From Pseudomonas phage pPa_SNUABM_DT01: a DNA stretch of 64,000 nucleotides. The notes under the pieces were generated by a model. That model was not told the origin of the DNA. It ran no database searches and saw only the letters and a list, made by a program, of their open reading frames with translations. Position numbers and translations under genes: made by a program. Where the stretch lies: the sequence record MW735835.1; one strand, written 5' to 3'. Of this stretch, positions 44,915-56,400 are shown one piece after another. The stretch's first letter is position 1. Every line of letters begins with the position of its first letter.

Positions 44915-45393
44915 TTCACAGGCTGAGTGCCCTGGGTGGTGACATCCGGGACCAGCTTGGGGGCGGGCAGTGCAGCAGCCGGGTCGGCACGCTGAGTGAT
45001 GGCCGGCATGCTGCCCACTTCCACAGCGAACGGGTTGCGGCCATTGAGCATGCGCAGCAGTTCGTTGTTGGCTTGGGCCAGACGCTCGGTCTCGCTGCCT
45101 TGTGCTTCTTCCACGTCGATCTTCCGCGTGGTGAGTGCAGCGGAGTCCAGGTCGCGGAGCAGTTGCAGGTTCAGGTTCAGTTCTTTGTCGTCAGACGGGA
45201 TGCCGCGCTTGAAACGATCCTCCAGGATCTTCAGGCGGATACCCTGCGTGGTCTTGATGACCGCACTGGGATCGACATCTTGGTTGACCGCAAGCGGACG
45301 GTTTTCAGAGGCGAGATACTCACCATCCTTAACAGGATCGAGGTCGTCGCCGAGGGGAATCAACGTGCCTTCAAGGGGCTTCTGGGCAGACAT
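44845..45393 (-). CDS. Hypothetical protein (182 aa)
   Basis: ORF with typical codon usage. The C-terminal region is acidic and Ala-rich. Confidence 0.6.
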   Translation of the reverse strand: MSAQKPLEGTLIPLGDDLDPVKDGEYLASENRPLAVNQDVDPSAVIKTTQGIRLKILEDRFKRGIPSDDKELNLNLQLLRDLDSAALTTRKIDVEEAQGSETERLAQANNELLRMLNGRNPFAVEVGSMPAITQRADPAAALPAPKLVPDVTTQGTQPVNYDDFVAAVEASENAAAAEREED

Positions 45394-45435
45394 GGGATAA
45401 TCTCCAAACAGTATTCATCCATAGGATCAGTTGCG

Positions 45436-45936
45436 ATGGGCAAGGAACCATCAAGTATGCGTAAGCTTTTCACATGGATATTCGGCAGTAAGGAGCCCGA
45501 ACCGATCGTCGGTAAGGACATTTATGAAACACTCATCAACCAATTAGGAGACATCGATGACCTAGTAGCTAAGAAATTCAGTGCATCGCAAACCAGACGA
45601 GTCGCGATTGAAACCGCGACAGCCAACATCGAGGAGTTGGCGGACTATCTGGTTGAAGCGTCGGCTTTTGTCAGCAAGGGCGAGACTTTCCCGCAGCGTT
45701 GGCAAGACCAAGTACTGAAGTACGAGACTCGCACCCTCGAGCAATATATCGCAGAAGCCGGTGAGCTTATCCATCCGTTGGATTGGATCAAAGCCCATCA
45801 GCACAACATCGTAAAGCTGTTGGACGCCTTCATGAAGATGGATGCTGCCGACCGTGACTACTACCAACGTAAGTGCAACTTCGTAGTCGAAGATATCCTC
45901 GAACTGATTAAGTCAAGTCGGGAGTGTGTTCGATGA
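45436..45936 (+). CDS. Hypothetical protein (166 aa); the true start is inside the track ORF 45073-45936
   Basis: The internal ATG at 45436 (MGKEPSSMRKLFTWIFGSKEP...) avoids overlap with the minus-strand gene at 44845-45393. The upstream portion of the track ORF is antisense to that gene. Confidence 0.55.
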   Translation: MGKEPSSMRKLFTWIFGSKEPEPIVGKDIYETLINQLGDIDDLVAKKFSASQTRRVAIETATANIEELADYLVEASAFVSKGETFPQRWQDQVLKYETRTLEQYIAEAGELIHPLDWIKAHQHNIVKLLDAFMKMDAADRDYYQRKCNFVVEDILELIKSSRECVR

Positions 45937-45957
45937 ACATCCAGGAAATCATCCATC

Positions 45958-46572
45958 ATGAGCAAAGAACAACTTCGCATGATGAACGCAGACGACAAAC
46001 TGATTGGCGAGGCTGGCAACCCGCTGACCAACCTGTTCCGTCGTGTTCTACTTGCTTTGGAACTGGAGCCTAAACTCTGGAACCGTAAGCTCACCACCTT
46101 CCTCCAAAGCCCGCTCTCTCGTGTTCCCAAGAATGCGAAGGACATTGGTCAGGAGCGAAACAACTTCAACCGCGCGATTGCTAAGCGGTTCATCACGTTC
46201 AAGACCTTTCAGAAAGCCATTCAAATCATGGGATGCGTTCGCTATTCTATGAGCATCACGTTGGAGATGCGGGATGGCAGGAAAGTGGAAGTCTCCACAG
46301 GGATGATCAAAAATCCCTACGCGGCACTGGATACCCTCCAGTACGCAGTGTCTGGTAAAGGCGTAAGCCCTGAGCAGGACAACGTCGATTACGATGAAGA
46401 TATGGAGATGGAAACCCACATCACTGACGAAACCGTCGGCGACATGATTCATCAGATCGATGATGATAGACCCGTGCCCTTCCCTAGCATCACCCGCGAT
46501 CCGTCTCGGCGTGCACGCAAAGATGCAGTGGTCTCGTCGTTTATGTCCGCCCAAAAAGACCCCAAGAACTGA
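45958..46572 (+). CDS. Hypothetical protein (204 aa)
   Basis: ORF lying 20 nt after the previous stop. Confidence 0.6.
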   Translation: MSKEQLRMMNADDKLIGEAGNPLTNLFRRVLLALELEPKLWNRKLTTFLQSPLSRVPKNAKDIGQERNNFNRAIAKRFITFKTFQKAIQIMGCVRYSMSITLEMRDGRKVEVSTGMIKNPYAALDTLQYAVSGKGVSPEQDNVDYDEDMEMETHITDETVGDMIHQIDDDRPVPFPSITRDPSRRARKDAVVSSFMSAQKDPKN

Positions 46573-46616
46573 CAGTGGTCATACGGTCGTCTACCCAGCT
46601 ATAACAGGATACAGCT

Positions 46617-47201
46617 ATGTCTACTGACATCCAAGCGAAACACCCCGCCAACGCGCCCTTCGATCCCGCGGAAGATGGCAAGACGCACATCAACGTCTAC
46701 TCCCGTGGCGCCACTGCATTCGGCCGCTCCCTGAGCAACCTCGCCGACTGCAACATCGAACACCCCTATTTCGGCCACTTCCGCACCCTGGAAGGGCTGT
46801 GGTTCTGGATGAAGACCGGACAGAAGGACGACTCCTTCCGGATCATCAAGGGCCTTGCTGCCCGCGACTTGGGCAAGAGCATGGAAAGCTCGCACTACCC
46901 GCTGTTCAGCAAGATGTTCAAGCTGGGCATGCTCGAGAAGCTGGAACGCAGTCCGCAGCTGCAACGTGAGCTGGTGGAAAACGAACTGCCGCTGGCGCAC
47001 TACTACGTGTACGGCAAGAAGCAGATCATGCAGGATCGCCACCAGTGGCAACTGGACTTCTGGCTCCTGCTGCGCGCCGCGCTCAAGACCACGGGCAACC
47101 TCGACACCATTCGCGCTGAGCTGGTCGACAGCATCAAGTACCACCTGGACAACCAAGCCCAGGAGGACAAAGCGAACGGTCCGGGTACCCCGGCACAGTG
47201 A
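46617..47201 (+). CDS. Candidate NADAR (YbiA-like) domain protein (194 aa)
   Basis: INVYSRGATAFGRSLSNLADCNIEHPYFGHFRTLEGLWFWMK resembles the NADAR core (FY...LSNF...F.S.EHYFQA.K). Confidence 0.6.
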   Translation: MSTDIQAKHPANAPFDPAEDGKTHINVYSRGATAFGRSLSNLADCNIEHPYFGHFRTLEGLWFWMKTGQKDDSFRIIKGLAARDLGKSMESSHYPLFSKMFKLGMLEKLERSPQLQRELVENELPLAHYYVYGKKQIMQDRHQWQLDFWLLLRAALKTTGNLDTIRAELVDSIKYHLDNQAQEDKANGPGTPAQ

Positions 47202-47205
47202 CCGC

Positions 47206-47255
47206 ATGGGGCCTTCGGGCCCCATGACTCACTCCTTTCTTTTTTCTTTGTCAGA
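47206..47255 (+). terminator. Intrinsic terminator: hairpin ATGGGGCC-ttcg-GGCCCCAT followed by TCCTTTCTTTTTTCTTTGTCAGA
   Basis: The hairpin is followed by a U-tract. The T-rich 19-mer is identical to 10245-10263. Confidence 0.7.
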
Positions 47256-47263
47256 GGTCGGAA

Positions 47264-48268
47264 ATGTCATTGATCTCCAACCCGTTGTTCAAGACGGACA
47301 ACACCGAGAAACTCGCGGTAGGGGACGCCTACGACATCTCCAGCACCCGGCCGATCAACAAGATCTTTGATGCGGCTAAGGACGGCGCTTCTAAGCTGTT
47401 CGACCGTGCTGGTGGTATCAACGGCATCGCTTCGGGTCTCCAGAGCATTATCTCCGCAAAGATGTCCGGTGCCACCGGTAAGCAGATGCTGGAAGCTGGC
47501 CTCGGCATGTTCAACACCAGTACCATTGGGATCTTGCGCGATGCCTCTAACGGTATCCTGGATCGTGCTGGTACATTCCTTGACTTAGACCCCTCGATGA
47601 TAGACCGGGTCAAGTCGGCAGGCAGTGACGTCGCCAACCGCATGCAGTACGGTGGATTCGACGACTTTACCAGCTATGGTTCATTGACCACGCTGATTGG
47701 TGACATGGCCGGCTATCCTCAGTTGGCCGAATACGTCAACATGGGCATGGAGGCGGCGGTATGGGGCAGTGCGATTTCCCAGACCATCGACTACGGTCAG
47801 TACCATTACATGGACGATGTGAAGCAGTATATCGATCCTGAGGTTTATCGCCAGGCACTGATCTACAGCATCCCGTCTGTGGCCACTTCTGGTGAACTCA
47901 CCGCAGTCACGACATTGTTGGGTCAGCTCACCGCAGCTGAAGTCTACGCCAACAAGCCTGACTTCGTTAAGGTGTTCCTCCAGCGGTTCAAGATGCCGCA
48001 GACCCCGCCTGCGGACTTCGTTGCTTACAGCAGGGAAGTTGTGAACACCTGTAGTCAGATCCAGACGGGCTGGTACACCTACAAACGTGGTGCGGAAACT
48101 ATCTACGATCTGACCTGCCTAACCACCGCGTCGGAAGATGCACAGCGTCTGTTGCAACTGCACCCAGAACTTGGTGTCATCGTGCAGATCGCTCCGGAGT
48201 TCCCAGAGCAGACAGTGGATGAGAACATCCATCAACAGTTCTCGTTGATGATCATGACGTTGACATAA
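47264..48268 (+). CDS. Hypothetical protein (334 aa)
   Basis: CAGAGGTCGGAA precedes the ATG. A 34-bp palindrome follows the gene. Confidence 0.65.
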   Translation: MSLISNPLFKTDNTEKLAVGDAYDISSTRPINKIFDAAKDGASKLFDRAGGINGIASGLQSIISAKMSGATGKQMLEAGLGMFNTSTIGILRDASNGILDRAGTFLDLDPSMIDRVKSAGSDVANRMQYGGFDDFTSYGSLTTLIGDMAGYPQLAEYVNMGMEAAVWGSAISQTIDYGQYHYMDDVKQYIDPEVYRQALIYSIPSVATSGELTAVTTLLGQLTAAEVYANKPDFVKVFLQRFKMPQTPPADFVAYSREVVNTCSQIQTGWYTYKRGAETIYDLTCLTTASEDAQRLLQLHPELGVIVQIAPEFPEQTVDENIHQQFSLMIMTLT

Positions 48269-48272
48269 CGGA

Positions 48273-48306
48273 CATAGGGCCCAGGGCAGCTGCCCTGGGC
48301 CCTATG
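48273..48306. terminator. Perfect 34-bp palindrome CATAGGGCCCAGGGCAGCTGCCCTGGGCCCTATG between convergent genes
   Basis: Read directly from the sequence. It is centred on GCAGCTGC. Confidence 0.65.
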
Positions 48307-48311
48307 TCGCA

Positions 48312-50384
48312 TCATCGACGATCTGTTGCCAGAGCGAACGCTTTTGCCACGTCGCCAATGATACCCGACATGCTCCACATGACCGCACGTTCTGGGGAAT
48401 GCGCATCATCGAACGCTGCTTGCTGACGAGCCAGACGGATCGCCCATTTACGCAGCCCGTTGATCTCTGCTTCCAGCGGGATGCCGGCCAGGATCGACAG
48501 GAAGTCGGTATAACTGTTGTCATCGTCGTAGGTCGAGCCCAAGAACATCGAGGCTACCGCTACGCCGTTCTCGCCGCCCACAGATGGGATACCACCACCG
48601 AGCCAGGAGATACCTGCACCCACACCGTAACCAGCCGCTTGTACCACACGGTCCGACAGTTCGAACGCAGGGTTGAGCGGCATGTTAATGGCGTTGGTCA
48701 GGTCCAACAGACCCAGTTGGCAATCCACGCCGAGGAAGCCCCCGGTGTTGTTCCAACCGATGTCACCGACACCACGGGTGAACGTCAACGAATCGACGAT
48801 CGCCAGACGGGAGTGAGCACGACCCTGAGCGAAGTACTCGATCAGGAACGGAGCAGTGTGCGACTGCTTACCAGTAGCCAGAGGCACAGACATGGCAAAC
48901 AGGCAGCACATCGGCAGGATCAGGTTCTGCAAGCGCGACACGGGGTCGCCGTACGGGCTTCGCAGCGGGATACTCAGCGACAGCTTGTTGAAGTCACAGC
49001 TGGAGCTGTCCCACACTTTCGGGATGTCGACGTAAGCCGAGCCGGCGAGCTGTGCAAGGCCTTGAATGCCGATACCCTGGCCGATACCAGTGGCGAAGTC
49101 TTTCAACGCACCAAGGGCACCAGAGACGATCCCAGACCCATCGATGTTGCCGTCAAACATGGAGAAGCGAGTCTCACGGGCCGAGGCCGAGATGGCGTTG
49201 ATCTGTTGTCCGACCGAAGCTTCCTTGGTACCGTTGTTGAACGACTCCGACTGAGTGCCGGTGTAGTCCACACGCAGGGACAAGAATTCAGAGCCCATAC
49301 GGGCTTCGGCCATCAATGCATCCTTGGCACGATTGATGACATCGTCACCCATCCGACCAGTCTTCTCAGCGTTCTCGGTCCGGGAAGCCTCTTGCGAGAT
49401 CTTACCCAGCATCTCACTGTCTTTCCAGATCTTGACGTAACCTTCGTAGCTGTTGTCGACCTTACCCACCAGGGCGTAGACGTCACCCATGTCCTCACCG
49501 TAGAGACGTTTCTTGAACGCCTCACGCATCGCTGCTTTACTGGTGATGCCGTTGAGTTCATCGTCGAGAAGGTTACGACGATGGTTGACCAGACGCTGAC
49601 CACGCTGAGCCACAGCGAACACGTCAATGCCACCGTTCTTCCGGTAGATCGATGGGATCAGGTTGTGGTAGGTCTCCACATCCGTGGCCGAGATCCCGTC
49701 TTCGTTCCCGTAGAGTGCCTTGGCACCCTCGTAGATCGGACGCGGGATGATGCCCATGTTGGCTGCGATGCCGTTGACCATCGACGACACCCCACTCCAG
49801 TAGGGCAGCATGGACGGCTTCAGGTAGTAGTACTTCGACGCCGGACGGCGGAAGAAGAAGTTGACAGCCTTACTTACCAGGATCGCAGGCATCAGCGGGA
49901 TAGTCGCTACCGACCCCAATGCCCAACCCAGCGAGTAGAAGAATCCAGGCGCTCGACCCGAACGGGCCATGGAGGCAGCCGGGATCGAGTAGTAGTTCGC
50001 ATAGAACGACGTCAAGCTGTTGAACTGCGGGAAGCCCATACGGAAGTGAACTACCTGCATGTTGTCGTCGAACTTCTCGGAGTACACACGCCCCATGCCG
50101 TTGGTCGACGTGGAGTTGGTGCTGTTGGTCCGCGTGACCTTCGGAACGAGGATACTTTTACCCCGTGCCTCAGATCGACTAAGGATGTTGTGTTTCAAGT
50201 CAGCATAACGGGTGAACTGGGGCAATGGGTTGATAACGTAGTTACCGCCCAAGGTCGTGTCAGTGGCTTTCTGCATCGACGTCGAGTAGATCCGGTTGAT
50301 CACCGCGTCAGTGCCACCGATCACCTGATCAGCGGGCAGCAAGAAAGCCGATTTCACCCAGCTGTCATCCAGAATGTTATCCAT
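48312..50384 (-). CDS. Large hypothetical protein (690 aa), probably virion-associated by adjacency to the giant transglycosylase gene
   Basis: A long ORF lying downstream of, and co-directional with, the 2106-aa gene. Confidence 0.75.
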   Translation of the reverse strand: MDNILDDSWVKSAFLLPADQVIGGTDAVINRIYSTSMQKATDTTLGGNYVINPLPQFTRYADLKHNILSRSEARGKSILVPKVTRTNSTNSTSTNGMGRVYSEKFDDNMQVVHFRMGFPQFNSLTSFYANYYSIPAASMARSGRAPGFFYSLGWALGSVATIPLMPAILVSKAVNFFFRRPASKYYYLKPSMLPYWSGVSSMVNGIAANMGIIPRPIYEGAKALYGNEDGISATDVETYHNLIPSIYRKNGGIDVFAVAQRGQRLVNHRRNLLDDELNGITSKAAMREAFKKRLYGEDMGDVYALVGKVDNSYEGYVKIWKDSEMLGKISQEASRTENAEKTGRMGDDVINRAKDALMAEARMGSEFLSLRVDYTGTQSESFNNGTKEASVGQQINAISASARETRFSMFDGNIDGSGIVSGALGALKDFATGIGQGIGIQGLAQLAGSAYVDIPKVWDSSSCDFNKLSLSIPLRSPYGDPVSRLQNLILPMCCLFAMSVPLATGKQSHTAPFLIEYFAQGRAHSRLAIVDSLTFTRGVGDIGWNNTGGFLGVDCQLGLLDLTNAINMPLNPAFELSDRVVQAAGYGVGAGISWLGGGIPSVGGENGVAVASMFLGSTYDDDNSYTDFLSILAGIPLEAEINGLRKWAIRLARQQAAFDDAHSPERAVMWSMSGIIGDVAKAFALATDRR

Positions 50385-50404
50385 ACATGACCTCTGAAAA
50401 GAAA

Positions 50405-50436
50405 AGAGGTGTGAGGGGTGTTACCCCCTCACACCT
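50405..50436 (-). terminator. Hairpin GAGGTGTGAGGGG-tgtta-CCCCTCACACCTC between co-directional minus-strand genes
   Basis: A 13-bp GC stem in the 59-bp gap. Confidence 0.5.
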
Positions 50437-50443
50437 CAGTCGC

Positions 50444-53400
50444 TTATACCCGTGCTACGGACACCACTCCCTTCGGTGCAGCTTTAGGAGTGTTGATCGA
50501 TGGGTTCTGCGTCGTCTGAGTCGAGGCTTGCAGCTCTTGAGCTTGCTGGCCAGGAGTCGGCATCGGCAGACCACCGGACTTCACGAGGTTCACGAGGATG
50601 GTCAGCTGTTCAAGCTGGTCTTCGTTCACGTCGATCAGTCGGCCCATGTTCTTGTCCATGCCACCGTAGGTGTTGGCGGCATTTGCAGATTGGGTAGAAG
50701 TTTGAGTCTCAGCCACGCGAGCTGCCACTTCCATCGGTGCAGTGGTGTTCTGCACTTGGCGGGCATCTGCCTTTTCCGCAAGGTTTGCGTTGTCGGCCGG
50801 TGCGGCTTGTGCCACAGTATTTGGAGCACTTGTGGTGTCCGTATCGCCGGCGGGTTTGACCATCGAGGGTACGCTGGCCGAACTGCCGCTGGTGTCTGTA
50901 GCATTCCCACCCGAAGCCACCGCCGTCCCATCGTCTGCCTTCACAACGCCACCGTTGATGCTTTGAGCGACTTGTGCCGCGTCGGCCTTACGGTGTTTCG
51001 TCAACTTAGCGTCGAAGTCGTTGTATACAGCAGCAACAGTCCGAGGGTTGCCGTTCCGATCGTAGAAGATCGACGGGTTGGATTTCGCCTGGTCAGCGCC
51101 TACGTGGTTGATGGCCGGATCACCAGGTGGTGCCGCAAGGAAGCGCTTGGCTCCGTACGGACCGAGGAAGTGAGCCATGTAGACGTCGGTGTCCGTCACA
51201 TTGCTCTTCACCTTCTTGATGACGTCGATGTTTTCCTTGATGAATTCCAGGCCAAGGAGTGCGTTAGCACGAGGATCATGCTGGGTCGTGTTGGGGTTGA
51301 TGCCGTACTTCGCCGCGTACTTCTTCATCAGCTCCGCCCAAGTGCCTTTAATCACTTGGTAGAACGAAGCTGCCGAGGAGAGGACTCCTGCGGAAGGGTT
51401 CTTCGGGTTCTTGTACGGGATGGCATTCGGACGGAAGCCCGATTCCACACCAGCAATGGACGCAGCCAGAGCCGGGTCTACCCCCACCATGTTGGCCGCA
51501 GCCATCAAGGTGTCTTTCACGTTATCCCACCCATCGCCTTTCGGCTCAGGGATGCTGTTGATGTTACCGCCCGAACCACCACCCGGGTGCGAGATCGGTG
51601 TACCCGGGGTGAATGCAGCCGCACCCGACGGTTGTACCGATTGGCCAGACGGACTGACCGCACCTTGTTGTGCCGGCTTGGAATCGCCACCAAAGCCCAG
51701 AGCGTCTTTCGCGCCTTTCCACATGCTGCCAAACCAGCTATCGGATTCACCCGATTGGCTACCTTGACTGCCGGAGCTTGGGCCCTGTTGGCCATCGGCC
51801 GAGGCAGGACGATTGATCTGGGTCTGGTCCTTCTCGATGATCTTGCCGTCTTTGTCGCGGACTTGACCAGCAATCGGAGCGGTGTTCTCCTGGAGGGTCT
51901 TGTCTTTGATCTTGGTGGAGAGCAGGTACAGCGGCTCCTTCACCGACTCGGGATCATCGTTGAGGGCGTAACCAGGCCACGGCGATTCAGTGATATCCCA
52001 CACGGAGATCTCAGCTTCACCACGGGCGTTGGCGGTTTCCCTCAATACATCGACCAGCTCTTCCGTCTTCAGGCGGTCTGCTGCATCCTTGGCGTCAATG
52101 TTAGCACGCCGGCGGACAGACGAGCAGTATTGCAGGAAGGTCGGCATGAACCGGCGATAGAACCAGATGTACACGTTCTCGGCTTCGTTCCCGATGGGGG
52201 AGAAGATCGACTCAGCGATACCGTGACACTCACTTGGGTCGTCGAAGAACGCTTGGTTGCCTTTGTCGTACTTGACACGGTCCCAGAGGCTGTTCTCCAG
52301 CATCTCCAGGTGGCCCGACTTGATGGCGAGCATTTCAGTCAGACCGTAGACACGATAACGGACAGGTTTGCCGTCATCCAGTTCTGTTGCAGCGCCTGGC
52401 TTCATCATCAGCAATGCCGCACCAGCCGCGGCTGGTGCACTGGTCATGCCTGTCTTCAGCAGGGCACCTGGACCGCCTGTTGCTTTCTGAATGCTCTGTA
52501 CCGGCGGAACATCCGTCTTGCTGGCGGTTGGGATCGCGGACTTGGACCCGGTATCGACGTTAGCGGCCTCGAGGCGTTTCGCCGCTTGGCCACGGATCTG
52601 GCTACCGATGACACCAGAAGCCACAGCCCCGGCCATCTTCTCGCCACTCGTCTTATCCTTGTCCTCTTCCTTCTTGATGTATTCCTTGATCTCGTCCTTG
52701 GCTTCAGCAATGACGTCTTTCACGTCACCGGCATCCATGTCCAGCTCCTCGTCTTCGAAGGGACTGACCATGGCGTTGAACACTTCCGGTTGATCGTACA
52801 TGGCAACCTTGTCAGCAAACTGGAACGCTGCCTTACCGGTTACTTTTGCATCGATCTGCGTCAGGTCCGTGGACTTGGTCAAAGCGTAATAGTTGGAGAC
52901 GTGCTTCAGGTACACTGCCGCGAAACGTCCCTTCAAGAACTGACCGGCCCTGGCAAAGAGTTCGTTCTCCTCAGCAGGGATTTCGGTGTCGATCTTGAGA
53001 ATTTTGGTGAGAGCTTCCACTGGTACGGATTGGGAGTTCACCGTTGCCTTACCTTCGGAGTCAACCGAGGTGTATTGGGCGAACAGTTTCTCCAGCTCAA
53101 CGAGTTGCTTGAACTCTTCGGAGTCAGCCTTAGGCTTGATACCGTACTGAGCCATCCGGATACGGGTCAGGGGAGGCAGCTTTTCTTTGTTCTGGGCGTA
53201 GATGTACGCACCGATGGCGATACCTGCACCAACGATACCGATCACCGCCAGTACTGGAGCACTGACGAGACCAGCAGCACCGATCAAGGCACCCAACGCG
53301 GCACGCCCGGCCATGCCGGCTACGAGGCGAGTCAACGGGTTGGTCAGAATACCACCTGCCAACCGAGCAGCGCCGCCTACACCACGGAACGCAGTCTTGG

Positions 53401-56400
53401 TAGTCCACCATGCCGCTTTCGCCGCATTCTTGGTGAGCCACGCACCACCTTTGAGACCGCCCTTCAGAATCCGTCCTGCGGTACCCATCTTGTCGAGTTG
53501 ACGACCGCCCCAGTTGGCGATCTTGCCCAAACGACCAACGCGTCCAGCTCGACGAGCAGCCGTACGGCCTGCACGACCACCTTTACGTTTGCCATCCGGA
53601 CCGTCACCACCACCGAACCAGTCACCGATGGAATCCATGATCCCACCGCCTTCTTCGTCGTCACCGTCACCCTTGTTGCCCAGCTGCGCCATCAGAGTGG
53701 CCAGAGCACCATTCTTGGCGAACAGGCCTTGGATCTCACTCCCTTTACCTTTGGCTGCTTCCTTGACTTTCTCAATGGCTGCATCGCGCTTGGCTTGCAG
53801 GTCCTTGTAGCTGCCCTTGCGGACGCGCTCTTGGGTTACCTGCTTCAGGGTTTCGTACTGGAGTTGAACAGAGCGAAGTGCCAGGGTCAGCATGTCTTCA
53901 TCTTTGTCGCCAGTCAGCTCGCTCGAGACATCCGCGCCAGCTTTCCCGCCTCCAAAGAACCGCATCAGACGCTTCATGCGCGGCCTGAACTTCTTCTTCT
54001 CTTCCGCAGCCTTACGGCCGAGGTTGTCCACGAATTCACCCGGCTTGCCGGTGCCACGCATCTCGTTGATGGTGTTGCCCAAGCTATTGATCCTGGCTTT
54101 CCCGCCAGCGATCATGCCGGATGTCCATACACCAGCACCACTGGTTTTGAACTTGGCGTACTTGTCAGCGAAAGTGCCTTGGACCTTTCCTTTATAGTCC
54201 GCGATCACACCGCTGTCGACGATGTCGTTGTACTTGGCAATGGTCCGGCCTTTGAGGTCGACCACGTCGCCCTGGATATCCTCCCAACGCTTCAGGACTT
54301 CGCCCGTTGCCTTGTCTTTGTACTCGCCCGCACGGAGCTTGTACTCCTGGAGGATAGGGTGGTCCTCACCCTGAATCCAGATGTCCTTGGCGGTTGCCTT
54401 GAACTCACCGAATTTCTTCTGGCCTTTCTTGTACTGCCCGCGGCTCCAGTCAGACAGCTTCTTGCTGTTTTCACTGACGCTGCCTTTGAACCCACGCCAC
54501 CCGTTCTGGATGTCGCCGTAGAGTTGGCTAGAACCACCGCCACCCCCACAACCGCACTTGGTCAGTTCCTTGAGCAGGTCCACGGTCTCCGAGTGGAAGT
54601 CCCGCGACTCACGGATCAACGTGATGAGGGTACTCTTGTCTCCTAGGAACCTTTCGAGTCCGGATCTTCGAGTTTCGCCTTCACCTCGTTCAGACACCAT
54701 GCGATCAGCTCGATTAGCACTATCGGCAAGAGCAGCACTAATTTTGCCAACGATACCACCACGATCCCCAAGCTTACCAGCAAGATCAGGAGCATTCGGC
54801 CCGCTTTGCGGAGTTCCTGCTTTGCCTGCATTGTCATCTTCATCGAGTATCGAACTCCAGATCTTGTCAAAGTTGATCCGGTCTTCCCGGCCTTGACGTT
54901 CGATGAAACCCAGCTTACGCAGGGAGTCCTTACCCAAGACGTCGCCCAAGATGCGGATACGGTCACCCGCAGCAGGGATCATGCTCGTCATCCCGAGGAA
55001 CTTATCGCGGATGTCGTTGAAGCGCGACTTACCTTCGGTGCTCCCGTCGGCCATGTTGCCGTCGAGGTCGAGGTTAAACGTATCAATGATGAGCGACGTG
55101 ATCTCATCGACAACACCGACGTCTTCGTTGGGGTACGAAGCCGGATCGGCCAGGCGCTTAGGTACGAGGTCGTTCCCGTTGGCCAGTTCGTCGAGGATCT
55201 TGCGCTTCAGAACCCGCTGAGCTTTCGAGGACATGGTGTCCCCGCCGATCTCCTTCAGGAAGTCCTCTGCGGCCAGGCGCAGCGAATCCCGTTCAGAGCG
55301 GTTCAGGATCTGACGGCTTACGTCTTGAAGCTGTTCTTTCTCGGAGGTGAAGCCACCCCGAATGACGTTGTAAACCCGGCGGTCTTCCTTGGACTCACCA
55401 GTGACCGCGATGCGGCTCCAGTGAGCGATCTCCGACAGGTAACCCGGAATGATCTCGATCAACGAGCGACGCGCGATGGCGTCAAAGGTCGCGACTTCAT
55501 CCAGTTTGGTGACCGACGTACCGCCTGGGCGCGAGTCCAGCGAGAACTGCGGCAGGAAGTTCTTGAACATCTGGGTTGCGATTGCACGGAACCCGGTGCC
55601 CTCGGTCTTGGACTGAGCGTATTCGTTGATCCGCTGCGGGATACCAGAGAAGGTATTGCGCAGCTTCTCACCACCACGAGCAATGTACTTGTTCTTAGCG
55701 AGGTAAGGCGACAGGTGGAGCGAGGCATAATCCCGCACCGTCGACCCAATCATCGAGCCGATCACATTACCTGCCATCTCGTGCTTGTCGATGTCCTCGC
55801 CACCCATGGCGTTCATCTGACGCATCGGGTCCAGAACGCCCTGCACCATGCCGGAGACGTTGTTCATCACCTGCGAGGCGTAGTTCTGGGTCCAGTTCGA
55901 GATGGTGTTCAGACCCGCACCCATCAGGCGCTGGTGAGCCAACTGGCTGAACATTTCGCTACCGCGGATTTTCACCGCTTCAGGCAGCGCCGTGTTCTTC
56001 CGGATGTTCTCCAGGATGACGGTGTGTTTCTGAGTCGCTTCCGTCATGATGTCGACGAGCTGGCGCTGCGTCGCAAACTGACGATAGTTGAGTTCCAGCA
56101 TCTTCTGCTGGTACTTCGCAGTGACCTTGTCCTGATAACCAACCAGGCGGGCCATGCTCTTGTTGATTGCAGTCAGTACCTGAATGTTGGATTTGAAGCG
56201 CTCTTGGTCGAGGGCTTTTTCTTCCAGATTCTGGGCAGCATCTTGCTTACGTTGTTCTTCGTCGGCAGCGCCCTTGGCTTTGAAGATTTCAGCCAGGGCA
56301 GCAATCTCAGACTCTTCCTGTTCACGCTTATAATCAGCGTCCGACTTGACTTGGTAGTCGGTGTCTTCTTCCAGGGAGTCGTTGATCCGTTTAACCAGTT

